From contig OZ287757.1 in the NCBI GenBank assembly GCA_965649765.1, positions 15,128,001 to 15,192,000 on the forward strand: DNA of 64,000 bases. The letters run 5' to 3'. A program made the position numbers and the translations under genes. This DNA is from Bispira polyomma. Taxonomy: Eukaryota. This document shows positions 1 through 13,019 of this stretch, piece by piece. The notes beneath the pieces were generated by a model. It saw nothing but the letters and a program-made list of their open reading frames with translations. It was not told the DNA's origin and did no database searches. The first letter of the stretch is position 1; each line of letters starts with the position of its first letter.

Positions 1-27
1 GGTCAATATAATTTCTGTTATTGACAG

Positions 28-1388
28 GTTGGCACAGATTCAAAGAATCCAGACATACCATCAAGCGAGACACATTTTCAAATGTGTGTGCTGAACCAAA
101 CATGGCCAACACAAGAGCTTATCTACAATATGGTTCCTAAATGTGGGAGTGAGGGATTCAGGCAGCTGTGTTACAAGTTGTCCAGAACCAACAACTTCAC
201 TGCCAAAGAACGGAGATACAGTGACAAACACATTACTATGCCTTATCATATAAGGTACAGCATAATCTAGTCATCTAGATGTGAAGTTATAATAGAAAGA
301 TTTGGTTACTTTAGTAGAAAAGTGCATTGTGTACCAGTTTACAAACCTTTACACATATTACAGGCAACATATTAACAGTTTTCAAATAATTACATATGAA
401 GGTATGAGTAAATATGACAATAAAAAAAAACAGCTTTAATTTTAGCATTACTCTGCAGATAAACAATTGACTGAATTTGTATCTTAAAGATAAAATTACC
501 AGATAACAATTGACGGAATTTGTATCTTAAAGCTAAAACTACCACATAATAATTGACACAAATTTTACCTTAAAGCTAAAATTGCTAGATATAATAGATT
601 AATAATCAATCTTTTCCTACTAAGTTTTACTATTTTAATATAACATTTTAAATTTACATATGTGTTGTAGCCCTGATTCCGTGAAACTGACTATAGAACG
701 CCAAATACTGATAATGCACAAACCCTGGTTGTATTTTGGACACCTGCATTTCATAGACTTCCAGAAAGCCAACTACAGCAATACTCCAGTGTATATTAAC
801 ATTATCCGCGATCCAATTGAACGATTGGCGTCCTTCTACTACTATAGACGACGTGGTGAAAGTGGAGTTTGGTTCGCGAAGCCACTGGGTGATCTTTTTA
901 CAGCTTTACAAAATGATGAAAAAAAAGCCAAAAGAAACATGTCATTCAATGAATGCATTTTAAAAGAAGACATTGAATGTGCTGACTTCAGATTTACCTT
1001 TCAGATCATGCCCCACTTCTGTGGACAGGATCCACATTGCATACATCCTAGTCGGAGGGCCCTGGATCAGGCCAAGGTGAATGCACAGAAACACTTTGCT
1101 GTGATTGGGTTTGTGGAGAAATTTTCAGCATTTCTAGAGGTAGTAGAATGTGTCTTCCCAAGGTACTTTGCAGGTCTTACTGCTTTGTATCAGATGGTAA
1201 CAAAGAATAGCGATGGGGTTATGCATAGAACAAGCAAGAGGTCGGAAGTTAGTCCAGAGGCCAGACAAATGCTTCTACAAAGACAGGATATTAAGTTAGA
1301 ATATGAATTCTACAATTTTGTGAGAGACAAATTTGACATTCAGTATACAAAATACCTTCAGTGCAGTGCCTCCCTTAGTACTGTGTAG
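28..1388 (+). CDS. Uronyl/heparan-sulfate 2-O-sulfotransferase-like (UST/HS2ST/pipe family), copy A; exons 28-254 and 671-1388; N-terminal exon outside window
   Basis: 5'-PSB motif YNMVPKCGS, YFGH, 3'-PB motif IRDPIERLASFYYYRR, FCGQDPHC and ALDQAKVNAQKHFAVIG..E. Acceptor ttgacag|28, donor ag|gtacag at 255, acceptor gttgtag|671; the phase-2 intron joins in frame (AG+C=Ser). Confidence 0.85.
457..591. repeat. Intronic ~43-bp tandem repeat, ~3 copies
   Basis: agataa(a)caattgac..aatttgtatcttaaag.taaaa.tacc repeated head-to-tail. Confidence 0.8.
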
Positions 1389-2592
1389 GTGACTAAAAGT
1401 GGGCTTTGGGTCTTGTCCAGCTGACGTTAAAATTTTATAGCTATATACAAAAGTTTACATATCATTCAGCTATAAACATTAGAACTTATAAGATGTTATA
1501 ACCTGTAAAATATAAGACTAATATTTGCTTCAGACCCAATCAGAAATGTACCACTTTTTGTGTATAAGTAGAACTCCTGCGTAATGCAGTACTATTGTCT
1601 TAATTTGACATTGGTAAATAGTCATCCCTAAGAGATCCTCCTTCTTTTTCTGTATAACATAAGTAATTTATTTTGTATCATCATTTGACATAAAATGTGT
1701 CAAGTATGCCTGTTATATTATTAATAATAATTTATTAGTGTGTTCTAGGTATAATCGTGTGGTGGTTTTGTGATTTATAAACACCTGTTTGTGTTGATAG
1801 CTCACCCTCGATGATTTTATCAAGACTTGTCATAAATGGAATTTTTATATATTTGACGGATTTTTTTAACTTTGATTGTCTGTAAAATATAATAACAGCC
1901 CGAGAGGAATACTGTTCTATTGCATATGTTACTGTTTTAAATAAACTCCAAATGTCTTCACCTATTTAAATGTATGTCCGTTATGGCCTTTATTGAAATT
2001 TTGCTTCATTTTCCATATCCCAGACAAATTTTGTAACAGCCAAATGTACTACTTGAGGAAATCAGTCCCAGATAAAAATTTATATTTCTACTGTACACCA
2101 TCAAGTAAAGCAGATTTGACCCCTCATCCTCTGTGGTATGAGACAAGTACATAAAATATTAGGTACAAAGTTTGCTTTTAAAAACAGGTTCATAAACTTC
2201 AAATTGAATTTTTTTATTCCAAAGCAAAAATTGCACCTGTTCGTTTGGTGTGTATTAATGACGTATATTATGACACCCTTCAATTGTATTTGTAAATCTC
2301 TGTGCAATGCAAAAAACCAAGGTAGACAGGAAAGGTGACATTGCCAACAGAAAAGCTTAAAATAGCTAAAACCTTTTCTGCACTCTTTGGGCTTGAGCTA
2401 TTTAAACACATGGTGGCTGTCTGCCTCTATGTGACATTAAATATCTCCCCACATTTGGGGTGTAAGTTGTAAAGCAGAAGCCAAAGAGGACTGAGCGGCA
2501 TATGAGAGAACAGGACTTTTGTTTGCTTGAAAAAAAGGAAAATTCAATTTTAGTAATTTGATACTTCTTTTTCTGAAATAAATTTCAAAGTC

Positions 2593-3484
2593 AATCTAAT
2601 CTAATCTAATCTAGTCGTACTTTTATAGCGCTTAATCTTTGTACAACAAATTCTAAGGCGCAACAAACCCAAAACGTTAATCGAAAATCAGAAATAGTGG
2701 GCGGATGGAAGTCGTAACCAGGGAGACTACTGTAAATGGTTGCGACGGCTAAGGTGGAAAAGCCTGTTCAAAAAGATAGGCCTTCAGCTTACTCCTGAAA
2801 GAGGAGAAAGTTTGAGCCAGGCGAACATGATCAGGTAGGCTGTTCCAAATGAGGGGGCCATCATGAGCTAGGCAGTGATTGAACTGAACTTTGGATTTGT
2901 GGATGCGAGGGTCGAAAGTGGGAATGTTAAGGTATAATTTATCAGGGTTACTGCGCCTTGAATGAGCATGTATACTTGGATAGATGGGGGCTAAAATAAG
3001 TGGGTAATCCAGAATTTAGAAATTTATCTATTATTGTTACTGTTTTGAAAGCAACACGATATTTTATTGGGAGCCAGTGCAGTGACTTGAGTACAGGAGT
3101 AATGTGGGAAAATTTAGAAGTTTTGGTCACAATACGTGCCAATGAGAGTTGGATATTCTGAAGGCGTCTGAGATCACTACGAGATAAGGAATGGAACAGA
3201 GAGTTGCAGTGATCAAGCCTGCTGCTGACCAAAGCATTGGCAACAGTGACTGCAGTGGATTTGGAAAGATAGCGTTGAATCCGCCTGAAATCACGGAGGC
3301 CAACAAAACATAATCTACACACTGATGCGACATGGTTAGAGAAGGAGAATTCAGAGTCGAACACCACACCCAGGTTTCGTACTTTGTCAGCTGGAAAAAA
3401 CCTGCTGCCAAGAATGTCAAGTGGAAAACAGCTGGACAATTTTTCCCGTTGCGACTTGGAGCCAAACAAAATAAACTCAGTCAA
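2593..3484 (-). mobile_element. 5'-truncated L2/CR1-group LINE (ORF2 C-terminus, 3' UTR, (TAGAT)n tail)
   Basis: ORF 2948-3484 has KVRNLGVVFD, LVSSRLDHCNSL and HITPVLKSLHWLP; (AATCT)4 microsatellite tail at 2593-2612. Confidence 0.85.
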
Positions 3485-3499
3485 GCCAGCAAAAGTCTG

Positions 3500-4830
3500 T
3501 AAGATTGTTATATTGTTACAAGATGGGCCCGGAACCAGTTTTTAACAAAGACAACCAGGAATAATAACAAGAGTAGTGCGGAAAGAAGCGAAATTGTGAA
3601 CGAGTCTGTTAGAAACAGTTTACTATTAAGAGATGCTGTGGGAGATGAAGACTAATGACAAAATATCTGAATTGCAAAATAAGTCTGTGGCAGACAAGTT
3701 TGATGAACTATTACTAGTAATAAAAGTTGTGGGGTCGCAGGTTAAGTATCAAGACGAGCGTCTATGTCAGCCAGAGGACAGAGTTAGTCTACTAGACATT
3801 TTCACTGTGCCATTGGCCCAAAGCTAAGGGTTAGAAGACGGACGCTAAAGAAGGTATTGAGGAAAAGCACAACCCAAAGTTGCCTATATTTGAAGTCCTA
3901 AAAAGTGACTCACATATAGAAGCTGAGGTTTACAAGCGGCTGCAGCAGTATGACGGTGCATCACGTCTCAAAAACAAAGGTAGGGGCCACGGTGGCCTAG
4001 TGGTTAGCAAGCATTGCGCTTCACAATCACTGGTCTCTCACCTCTGGGCGGCGTGAGTTCGAATCCCGTCGATGCCTTTGTGGGAAAGGTGGTAGTTCCT
4101 TACTGTGGGCTGCTGGTTTCAGTGCAGAACCTTGATCAACTGTATGCAGTGTTTCTTTCAGCATTTCTAACTACCCGTCTCAATATAACCTAAACAGGTA
4201 CTAGAGTGGACGTTAAATATCAAAATTAAAAAAAAAAAAAAAAAAACGAATTTGAAAGCAAAGGTAAAAATAGTCCTACTCTAAAGTCTTGTCGCTTTTG
4301 AGCTAACTGGCTCCGAGACTATTGTGCAGATGTTTATACAAACAAACATCCCACTTACGATAATATGTCTCCCATTCAATGGGCTCAGGGTTTACTTTGT
4401 TACGCACTTGAGGAAGGTAATCTTCAATACAGGCAAGTGATGTTTAGTTATTATCTTAGTCTCATGCAGAACACAGTAGGACTAGGGGTTAAAACTGCCA
4501 AGAAAGCACAAGCTGCAGTCCTCAAAGAGATTGAAAAAGGGCGTATAAGCTGGGATAATATTGAGTTGATTAAAAAAAAGGGCTAGAAACACACCAAAAG
4601 GTTTCACATAATGGTCGAGATGGTTATACAGGTAGTAAAAGCACAGAAACTAGGGACAGTACAATCTTTAATAAGGAGTCTTGCAAATTAGAGAATGACA
4701 TTGTATAACAAAAGTGGCTAAATACGAGCACTATTGCACTTACTGCTACAGGGAAAGACATGGCAAAAAACATGACCACCCAGCATACAGGTCTGTGCGC
4801 ATGAAGAATGATAACAAGAAAACAAAGATC
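3500..4830 (+). mobile_element. Decayed DIRS/Ngaro-type gag-like ORF1, interrupted by a SINE
   Basis: MSPIQWAQGLL...LSLMQN...AKKAQAAVLKEIEKGRISW resembles ORF1 of tyrosine-recombinase retrotransposons; many stops and frameshifts; boundaries approximate. Confidence 0.55.
3983..4254 (+). mobile_element. tRNA-derived SINE, family 1 copy 1
   Basis: A box TGGCCTAGTGG, B box GTTCGAATCCC, poly(A) tail; imperfect TSD aaa(a/g)caaaggta at 3971-3982 and 4255-4266; highly similar copy at 17284. Confidence 0.9.
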
Positions 4831-5304
4831 AATGAGTTTAACCCATTAAGGTAGAACGTGTCTACTCGCTATAACTGTGTGAGTCATATCAATACTTATA
4901 ACCTAAAAAGCACTGACACTTACAAAGTTGGTACTAATGTTCATGAATATTATAGTGACACAGGCAAAAGTAACAGTTACATTCAGCCTAATGCGGTAAC
5001 TATATGTTCCAGATAATAAAAAAAACCCACATGTTCAGCTTCATCCTACAACTGAAATATTGAATCCAAAGAAACAAGAATCAACTATTGTTTACTTGAT
5101 ACTAGGTTACAGCGTAATGATATCAATGTTAATGCTTATACCTATTCATGTATTAGTACTAACAGGGATAGTTTATACGTGGTTGAAGCAATTTAATTGA
5201 TACTCGGTTACAGCTTAATAATGATAATATTAATGCTTGTACCCATTCACGTATCAATAATAGTAGTAGCCATTCAAGATATATTTCATACATGGAGATA
5301 GACC

Positions 5305-5400
5305 GAGTTTTCTGTCCTCGACGATGCTCACAGTCGTCAATCGTCACGTTAGCGCAGAATACTTCCGGTGTGTTCCCGGTTAAGGTATTAGGAAACAAAA
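5305..5400 (-). repeat. Left arm of a dispersed inverted repeat (partner at 7651-7752); probable TE terminal motif
   Basis: cacagtcgtcaatcgtcac...aatacttccggtgtgttcccggttaaggtat is the near reverse complement of ataccttaaccgggaatacaccggaagtatt...gtgacgattgacgactgtg. Confidence 0.7.
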
Positions 5401-6205
5401 ACAAATAAATCCTATATATTATAAAAAAACTTGAGAGTTTTGATTACACACTACAAAATTATAATACTAGTATTTACAACTAGAGAAATGCCTTAGTATG
5501 AATTGCATTACATAATTAGATAATATTATATTATAGAAAAGAGCACTCCTGTGAGTGATATTATAATATTTTATCAAATAACTTTTAAATAAAGGTGTTT
5601 TATAAGAAATTCCAATTACCATTATATTGTAATTGTATAATTTTATCTATTTAAAAAGTATCAAGCATTCTTACAGCTTTAATATTTATTTGTATGCTTT
5701 TAAAAAAATACGAGTGAATACCTTGGCTGGGAATACCTGCATACCTTTACACAGAATATTCCAATTAACAGCAATACCTTATACCAGAATATTTTTTAAT
5801 TTTTATTTGCACTGTTTTAAATTTAAAATGTTACAGGGGTAGACTATGTACAGGAATAGTTAGTGGAAAGTGTTGAAATTATTCTTTAGAAACACCAAAT
5901 TTGACTATATTAGGCAAAGATAGTACAGATTCAAGTGTTACTAGGTGCTGTGTTTAGAATTATTATAAGACATGGAATATTTAATTTTACTATCACATTT
6001 GTGACATCAAAAGAATCAGAAGTCAATTGTGACTAGATACTGCCATCACTGTGGCTAACTTCTTAGTTGGCAGACGTCTAGACTACTGCAATTCCCTTTT
6101 GCTTGAAAGCCAAAAAATACCACATACACAAGTTGCATTCTTTTCAATACCTTGATATAATGAGAAGCCATGTATAGCTTGAGTTGTTTGCAAAGACTAG
6201 AACTA

Positions 6206-6615
6206 TGATTAAGTAGCTTAAGTATTGGTAAGCATGTCCATCCTTTGATGAATGAAATTAAATAGCCACCATTCTATGTTGATTTGTTTGACCTAACTGA
6301 ATGTGTGATTAAGTAGCTAACCTGACTTTTGTGTTGGTAATCATGTCCATCCTCTGATAATTGAATTAAATAGGAAGCATCCACTGTTATTGATTTGTTT
6401 GATCTAACTGGATATGTGATTAAGTAGCTTAACTGGCTTTGATGTTGGACATCAAGTCCATCCTCTGATAATTGAAATTAAATAGGAAGCCGCCACAGTT
6501 ATTGATTAGTTTGATCTAACTAGATGTGTGATTAAGTAGCTAATCTGGCTTTTGTGTTGGTGATCATGTCCATCCTCTGATAATTGAAATTAAATAGGAA
6601 GCCGCCACTGTTATT
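6206..6615. repeat. ~112-bp minisatellite, ~3.8 copies
   Basis: Units start tgattaagtagc at 6206, 6306, 6417 and 6529. Confidence 0.9.
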
Positions 6616-7156
6616 ATAAATTTTTTATTATACTGACATTGTGTTATACATATACAAATATACAAAATCACATTTTATTAATTGTAACACTCAGCCTTAA
6701 GGCTTATAAGTCAGTTTAAATATAATATTCTAATTTAATGTGTGTATAAAAAGGTATAAAACTATTATTTTGCAGAAATGGTAAAATTCACAATTTATTG
6801 AACTTTCTATATTGCTATATATTGCTAATATATCTACAATATTTTAATAAATTAATAATCATTTTATATCACTATAATACCTTTACATATTCCTTTTTTA
6901 TGTTTGTTTTTTAAAATATTGTTTACGTTGTATGTGGCTATGTGAATTCTGGAGACAGTTTAAATAGACAAATGTCACTGAATGTTATATATTGCCTGTA
7001 TCTTTTTAATATACTATATTTTTACATTCCTATTTTTGTCTGTTTATATACAATATAGTTTATGTGCTATATGACTGTGCGAAGATCATTAAATACATTA
7101 ATCAAATTTTGATTAGTACCTTTTCATATTCCTATATATTATTTTCCTGTATATAA

Positions 7157-7335
7157 AATCTCAAGTTGAGTTAGTTTTCAATTTTAATACAATCTTAAGT
7201 TTGGCTAGTTTTCCTGGCCAATCTTAAATTGGGCTAGCCCATCTGATCCATCTTAAGATATGCTGCCAAACTTAGGATCCTAAGTTTGGCTATAGCCCAT
7301 CTTCAAATTAGCCAAATCGGAAGTTGTGCTCCAAC
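7157..7335. repeat. Palindrome-rich MITE-like remnant containing a perfect 26-bp palindrome (7265-7290)
   Basis: gccaaacttaggatcctaagtttggc is its own reverse complement; repeated tcttaagtttggctag-like motifs. Confidence 0.55.
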
Positions 7336-7650
7336 AAATATACCATTCATTAAAATATATCATATTATTTCATTTCATAACCTCAATTTCATTGCTCCTT
7401 AACTCTTCAAAGTATTCACGGACAAGGTATGGTACTATTTCTGGTAAAGGTATGGTAATTTATTAAGGTATTCCTGGTAAAGGTATTTCACAGATGAACT
7501 AAATTGTTATATAATAATTGATGCAGATGAACTGAAGCTGTATAAATAATATAAAACAAAGCTGTTACCAATATCTTAAGATCTATGAAATAAAAATGTA
7601 AAAAAGTCTATTATTTCTATGTATAAACAATGATAATGTGATATTTCACT

Positions 7651-7752
7651 GTTTGTCTTATACCTTAACCGGGAATACACCGGAAGTATTTATGTGACGA
7701 TTGACGACTGTGGATGCTTTGATTTACTGATGTATGCTCGTCTAGGGACAGA
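7651..7752 (+). repeat. Right arm of dispersed inverted repeat (partner at 5305-5400)
   Basis: Near reverse complement of 5305-5400. Confidence 0.7.
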
Positions 7753-8534
7753 GTTCCTTACTATAGTAAATCGTTGTAAATGTGTAACGGCAACAAAAAC
7801 GTAAGAAATAACACCCTAAAATATGGAATCGGCTGGTAAAAAATATATGGAACTGAAGATAAATGGTTATATTTTGTATAACAACCTTTATTGAATGCCG
7901 ATCATCAATATTTTAATTCATACAAGATATATTGAAGCTTTCTGAAAATTTATCCTCCATGTTTGCTAGCGAGAACCTGTTGGCGCATGCGCACACCATC
8001 TCTTCCTGTGGGATTCCTAGGGGGTTTTCCAAATGAAATAATTTGACAGAATAAGATCCGTAAAATGTTATTTAATACGAACGATCCCCAATGATATATT
8101 TATAATTATTGTAACCAACTTTAATTAGAATCAGCAATAATTTAATCCCCGTAAGTACAAGAAGCAAAACTACACATGTCCTTCACATTATATGACCTTA
8201 CGTGATGGATTATACAAAACTAAAATGGCGGACAAAATACCGGAAATAGACAAATTGACTAATATAAAAAACCTCGTAACGTTTTCTAAATAAAAATGGT
8301 GAACGGCTAATAACCTAAATTAAAGTAAAAATTTCATGTATTTAAAACAAACAAACTATGTGTGTATATATGCCGTTACACATTTACAACGATTTGCTAT
8401 AGTAAACAACTCTGTCACCAACGGCCGCATATCAGTAAAAAAAAGGCTGTTTCGGCAACAGAGAACTCGGTCTAACATGGAGAGTAAAGTTAATAGTGTT
8501 TCTACACACAAATTTACTAGTGATCAGAATGTTA

Positions 8535-9197
8535 TGCTGTGGTCACACTGAGTACGTTTGTGTTACCTTTTTTTTCGTAAACGTGAGAAAACTAAGTTAA
8601 AAATCGTGGGAAAATGGGAAAACGTAGAAAAAATCAAATGTATTGGCCGTTTTGTACATGTTCAGTATGCATTTGTATACGTTTGTACACGCATTTAATA
8701 CGTTTTTATAGCTTTTTCAATTATGTTTACCTCATTAGCCACGTTTTAATATTACGTGAGCCTCGTTAGCCACATTTTAGCCTCGTTTTAGAACTACGTT
8801 AGTCACGCTTCTAAACCCGTTTCAGTCTCATTCTCGTTTTTACCGTTTGTAAACCCGTTTCGTTTTCGTCCTTAATATTATGTGCAGGTATAGTTCGTTT
8901 TACTCCTGCTCTTCATGTCAAATACGCATCGAATACGTTTTATAGGTTTGCAGCGAACACACCACCCGTTTCCTGCATATTTTGCAGCAAACGGCAAAAA
9001 ACGTTTGAAAAAATTAAGACGTTTTTTTTTAAAAACTGGAGATAACTAAACTTGAGGTACCACCTTTCCCTTACGTTTACTTCCGTTACTTCTGTTTACT
9101 ACATTTTACTTCCGTTTTACTTCCGTTTACTATGTTTTACCTTACGTTAGCCATTTTTTGTGCGTAATCGAAACGTAAGGCCAGTGTGACCACGGCA
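8535..9197. mobile_element. PIF/Harbinger-type MITE
   Basis: TIRs tgctgtggtcacactg / cagtgtgaccacggca; TTA TSD at 8532-8534 and 9198-9200; internal cgttt-rich subrepeats. Confidence 0.8.
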
Positions 9198-9654
9198 TTA
9201 AGAGTAAATCAGGTATTAGTAGAGGCGATGACGTCTTTACTAAAAACATCAGCTGTTTTAAGTCGAGTAAAAAAGCTTGGTACACAAAGGCTAAAAATAA
9301 AATGTGTAATAACCATACCATGGCTAGTAATATTGGTCATATACAAGATGGGGGTTATCTATGTATCTCAAGTAATATTGATAATTGTATTGAAAACACT
9401 ATGGACAATGTTTATAAATACATTGGTGACAGGAAAATCATATCGTCCCTATGTGTCAACTGTACATGCTATCTTGCACACGACGCAATAACTTAATGCC
9501 GGGTGAATACTCCAACTTGCAACTCTCACGATAGTTGTATACCTTGCTCAACACTTGACTCACTACTAGAGGATTATTAAGGACCATACTGCACTCCAAT
9601 CAAATGTTAAATCTGTCTAGGGACCAGGTGGTTCAATTTTAGTAATTGCATTCG

Positions 9655-10041
9655 GGGAATGGATGGCTTCGCAAAAAACAGTAGATGTCATAATGTGTTC
9701 AAATATATAATGGTTTACAGATGTGCTTATAACAGACAGGGATAAATTCAAAGAATTAAATTATGGTGAATATGGTGAAAGTTGTACAAAGTACAGTTAG
9801 TGTCATAATGTCCTCAAAGTATAAATAAATTCAAATACAGATTCACGTGTAACAGGAAAGGGTCAATTCATAAAATTGCAGTCTAGTGAAAGTCATAATG
9901 GTTTGAGGGGAATGGATGGCTTTACAAAGTATAGTAAATGTCATAATGTCCTCAAAGTGTGTAATTAGTTTACATACAGACGTGTGTGTAATGGGAACGA
10001 ATCAATTCACAGAATTAAATTCTAATGAAAGTCATAATGTC
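9655..10041 (+). repeat. Degenerate tandem repeat with a ~90-bp core
   Basis: Recurrent gtcataatgt(c/g) and aattca.a.aatt motifs; ggggaatggatggct at ~9655 and ~9907. Confidence 0.6.
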
Positions 10042-10230
10042 TTCCTAATAGGTAACAGTAATCATAACGTTCACCCGATATCTAATGATGCTGCAGATGG
10101 GAAGCACATATATAATGAGCTCCTATATAATGGTAGTTATCATAATATCAGAATGGACAGATATCACAGATATGCATATATTGGAAAAAACATGAAGCAA
10201 TCAGCTGATCACCATATTGACCTCAACCAT

Positions 10231-10337
10231 GGCCCGTATTCACGAAAGGACTTAGCCAAGTTTTAGGCTTAAATCAGTATACTTTTGTGCTAGATTTAAG
10301 CCTAAGACCTGGCTGAGGCCTTTCGTGAATATGGGCC
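10231..10337. mobile_element. 107-bp fold-back MITE
   Basis: ggcccgtattcacgaaagg...cctttcgtgaatatgggcc; nearly the whole element pairs with itself; 3-bp TSD CAT. Confidence 0.8.
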
Positions 10338-11727
10338 CATAGATTTATTGCAAGTAACGTACTTTGCAACTGCAACAATATGGAACAATTTAGTTCATTT
10401 TTAAGATCAAGATCATTTTAGTTATAGTTACAGTTATAACCATTTTAACAATAGTAATAAGGAATATGATATATTTAACACTATAGATTATCAGCAAATC
10501 AGTAATTTTACTGAAGTATATACAAAAATATTCAGTGAGTAATAGTCATATATAAACAATAGTCATACTAGTATTATATGTGATAATTCTGTACTACACA
10601 TTTATTTTAGTGCCAATCATAACAGTAATAATAACAGAAACTGTAACAACCGTAGTTTTTATAATACATTTGAATGTTTTGCTTTTTTAAAGCTAAACTT
10701 AATGATTGACTTACATGTAACACTAATAGATGATAGTAATATTGTGTATGAATTTGGTCATGAATCATATATGTACCAATCTCTAGAATCAACCGAAGAC
10801 ATAAGTAATATATAGTGTTCCCAAACTTGTGTAAGTGATAACCTTTTTACTTATAACAGTACCAGTCAATATACAGATCAAGATAATTTTAAATATATTG
10901 ATAAGGGCATACAAATTGCGCATAATAGCCCAGAAAGGTACTCCGTTAAGTCCTATTGTCTTGGAATTGACAATACCATACCTGTAGTATATGTTTTTTT
11001 CATTAGAATGTTGTATCACTTTTATATGGATATATGTATTTTATTTGCTGTGGTTTTACATAATGATTAAAGTTGTGGTATTTAAAAATTTGCAGTCTCC
11101 ACTATCTTTCAGAATAAAAGTAAATGGAGGTAGTCCACCCTCACCTTTGCATATTTGGAATTTATTGATTAAATTGAAATATAATCAGTTTATTGTGATC
11201 TATTTACATCAATTAATGTAAAGTTGAAACATAGCCACTGCAAGGCTAAGGTATTTTCATTTGTCCTATTCACTCCCACACACATTTATGTGTTTCTTCA
11301 GCTGTATGCAACTCATCACTTTGACAGTTCAACTATCATGTGCAACCCTTATATTATTATAAGGCATTCCTTTCCCACAACACACAATTGGAATGCAGTA
11401 AGTTGGTTACAGCAATCTTCAGTTTTTAGCTTCTTCTGGGTTGGTCTTTGATGGAGTAAGAAGTGTTTTCAGCCATTGGGCTGGATATATATGAGATCAA
11501 AAGAATATAATTATTAGGCAGACCTAATTAATTGTTATTTGAACAGTTTTGTAATTCTTTAACGTGTAATAATTAGGCAGACCTAATTAATTGTTATGAA
11601 ATTCATATATCAGGATTATTAATATAATTATACTTTAAAAAAATACTAGCAAACTGGAACTTTATCACTTGTTATCAGGCAACTGCACATCTATTTACAC
11701 AACAATCCTATTCTCTCCAACAGTAGA

Positions 11728-13010
11728 ATGGCTAAAAACATTCACAAGACAGTTAAAAGCAGGGGTTTGCCTCACTATCAAGGGACTAGGGTAACAGTTT
11801 CCTCAGGAGTAAATTTTCCTGCTTGGAGAATTATGCTTAAAGATTATGAATTAGAAATACTTGGGGAATATATGCAATTTGGTTTCTCTTAAATGTTGAT
11901 TATGATGTTTTTCATTTAATTCAACTATAACTAATCCTAAATTAGCGTTATGTAATCCCAAAGGGCTTGATAAAAATTTTCAGGTAGAGGTCAAACATAG
12001 GGCCCTGATTGACCCCATACAAGGTGAACCTTTTGAAAAATTCCATCTGACCCTCGAGTTATTGTGGACCTATCATGGCCAATTGGGCAAGGAGTCAATA
12101 GTTGTGTTTCTAAAGACGTTTATGATGGTGTTCCATTCACTCTTAAGATAAATCAGGTGGTACATCAAATTAAAAAGTTTGGTTCAACAGCTTTATTATA
12201 TAAAATAGATTTATCTAGAGTTTTAGAAACCTAAAGATTGATCCTTATGACTACCCTGTACTGGGTTTAAAATGGCAAAATAATACTGCTGCTTGTCAGC
12301 TTTGTACTGATGCTACATATGAATCATGAATTATCTGGACAATTATATCAGGGTCCCCCCCTGCTCATTTAGCAAATACACAATATCTCTTTGGAGCAAT
12401 TAGGTCTCCGAAATAATAAAAAAAAATTGGAGCCACCGGCTGCCCAAATAAATTGTCTAGGTATTAATATCAATGCCAGTACAGGTAAATAAACCATTTC
12501 TCATCATAAATTACAAGAAGTTAAGCAGATTTGTAAAATGGTGTACTCTGGAACTAGAAAATCAATTGCAAAAGTTAACAGGAAAATTGTTATATATTTA
12601 TAGGTGCGTACAAACTACACATATTTTTATCAATCATATTTTACAAGTATTGCGCTCTGCTATAAAAGGTTCTATATTTTTACCAGAAATGTTCTTTAAA
12701 GATATATCTTGGTTTAACCAATTCTGTGGCTACAAAAACATTGATGGCTTCAAAAATTTGGGCTAAAGAATAAAACAGTAAAGTTACTATCTGGTGCGAC
12801 AATCTGGCTGTTGTGCCCATATTTACCTCTAAGAAGACTAAAGATCCTTGGTAAAGGCTTTAGTAACGTAAACACACAAACGTAAATTACACTGCTTACA
12901 AACTGTGTGGTATTATGTGGCTGCTCATAATATTGAGCTCCAAGTAAACCATATACCTGGAATTGATAATGTGTATGTGAATATATTATCCAGATGGCTT
13001 GTATATCAAG
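11728..13010 (+). mobile_element. Decayed DIRS/Ngaro RT-RNase H region
   Basis: RVIVDLSWP, YKIDLSR, IDPYDYPVLGLKW, WCDNLAVV and HIPGIDNVYVNILSRW across frameshifts. Confidence 0.75.
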
Positions 13011-13019
13011 ATCTACTCT

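Noticed and set aside
3983-4075. tRNA gene (also 17284 and 40138)
   Set aside because: A and B boxes are present but there is no proper cloverleaf; followed by a SINE body, A-rich tail and TSD
6206-6615. CRISPR-like array (also 457-591)
   Set aside because: Units are similar along their whole length with no unique spacers; eukaryotic context and no cas genes
9916-10266. 116-aa protein-coding gene
   Set aside because: Low-complexity repeat frame that runs into a MITE; no domain or splice support
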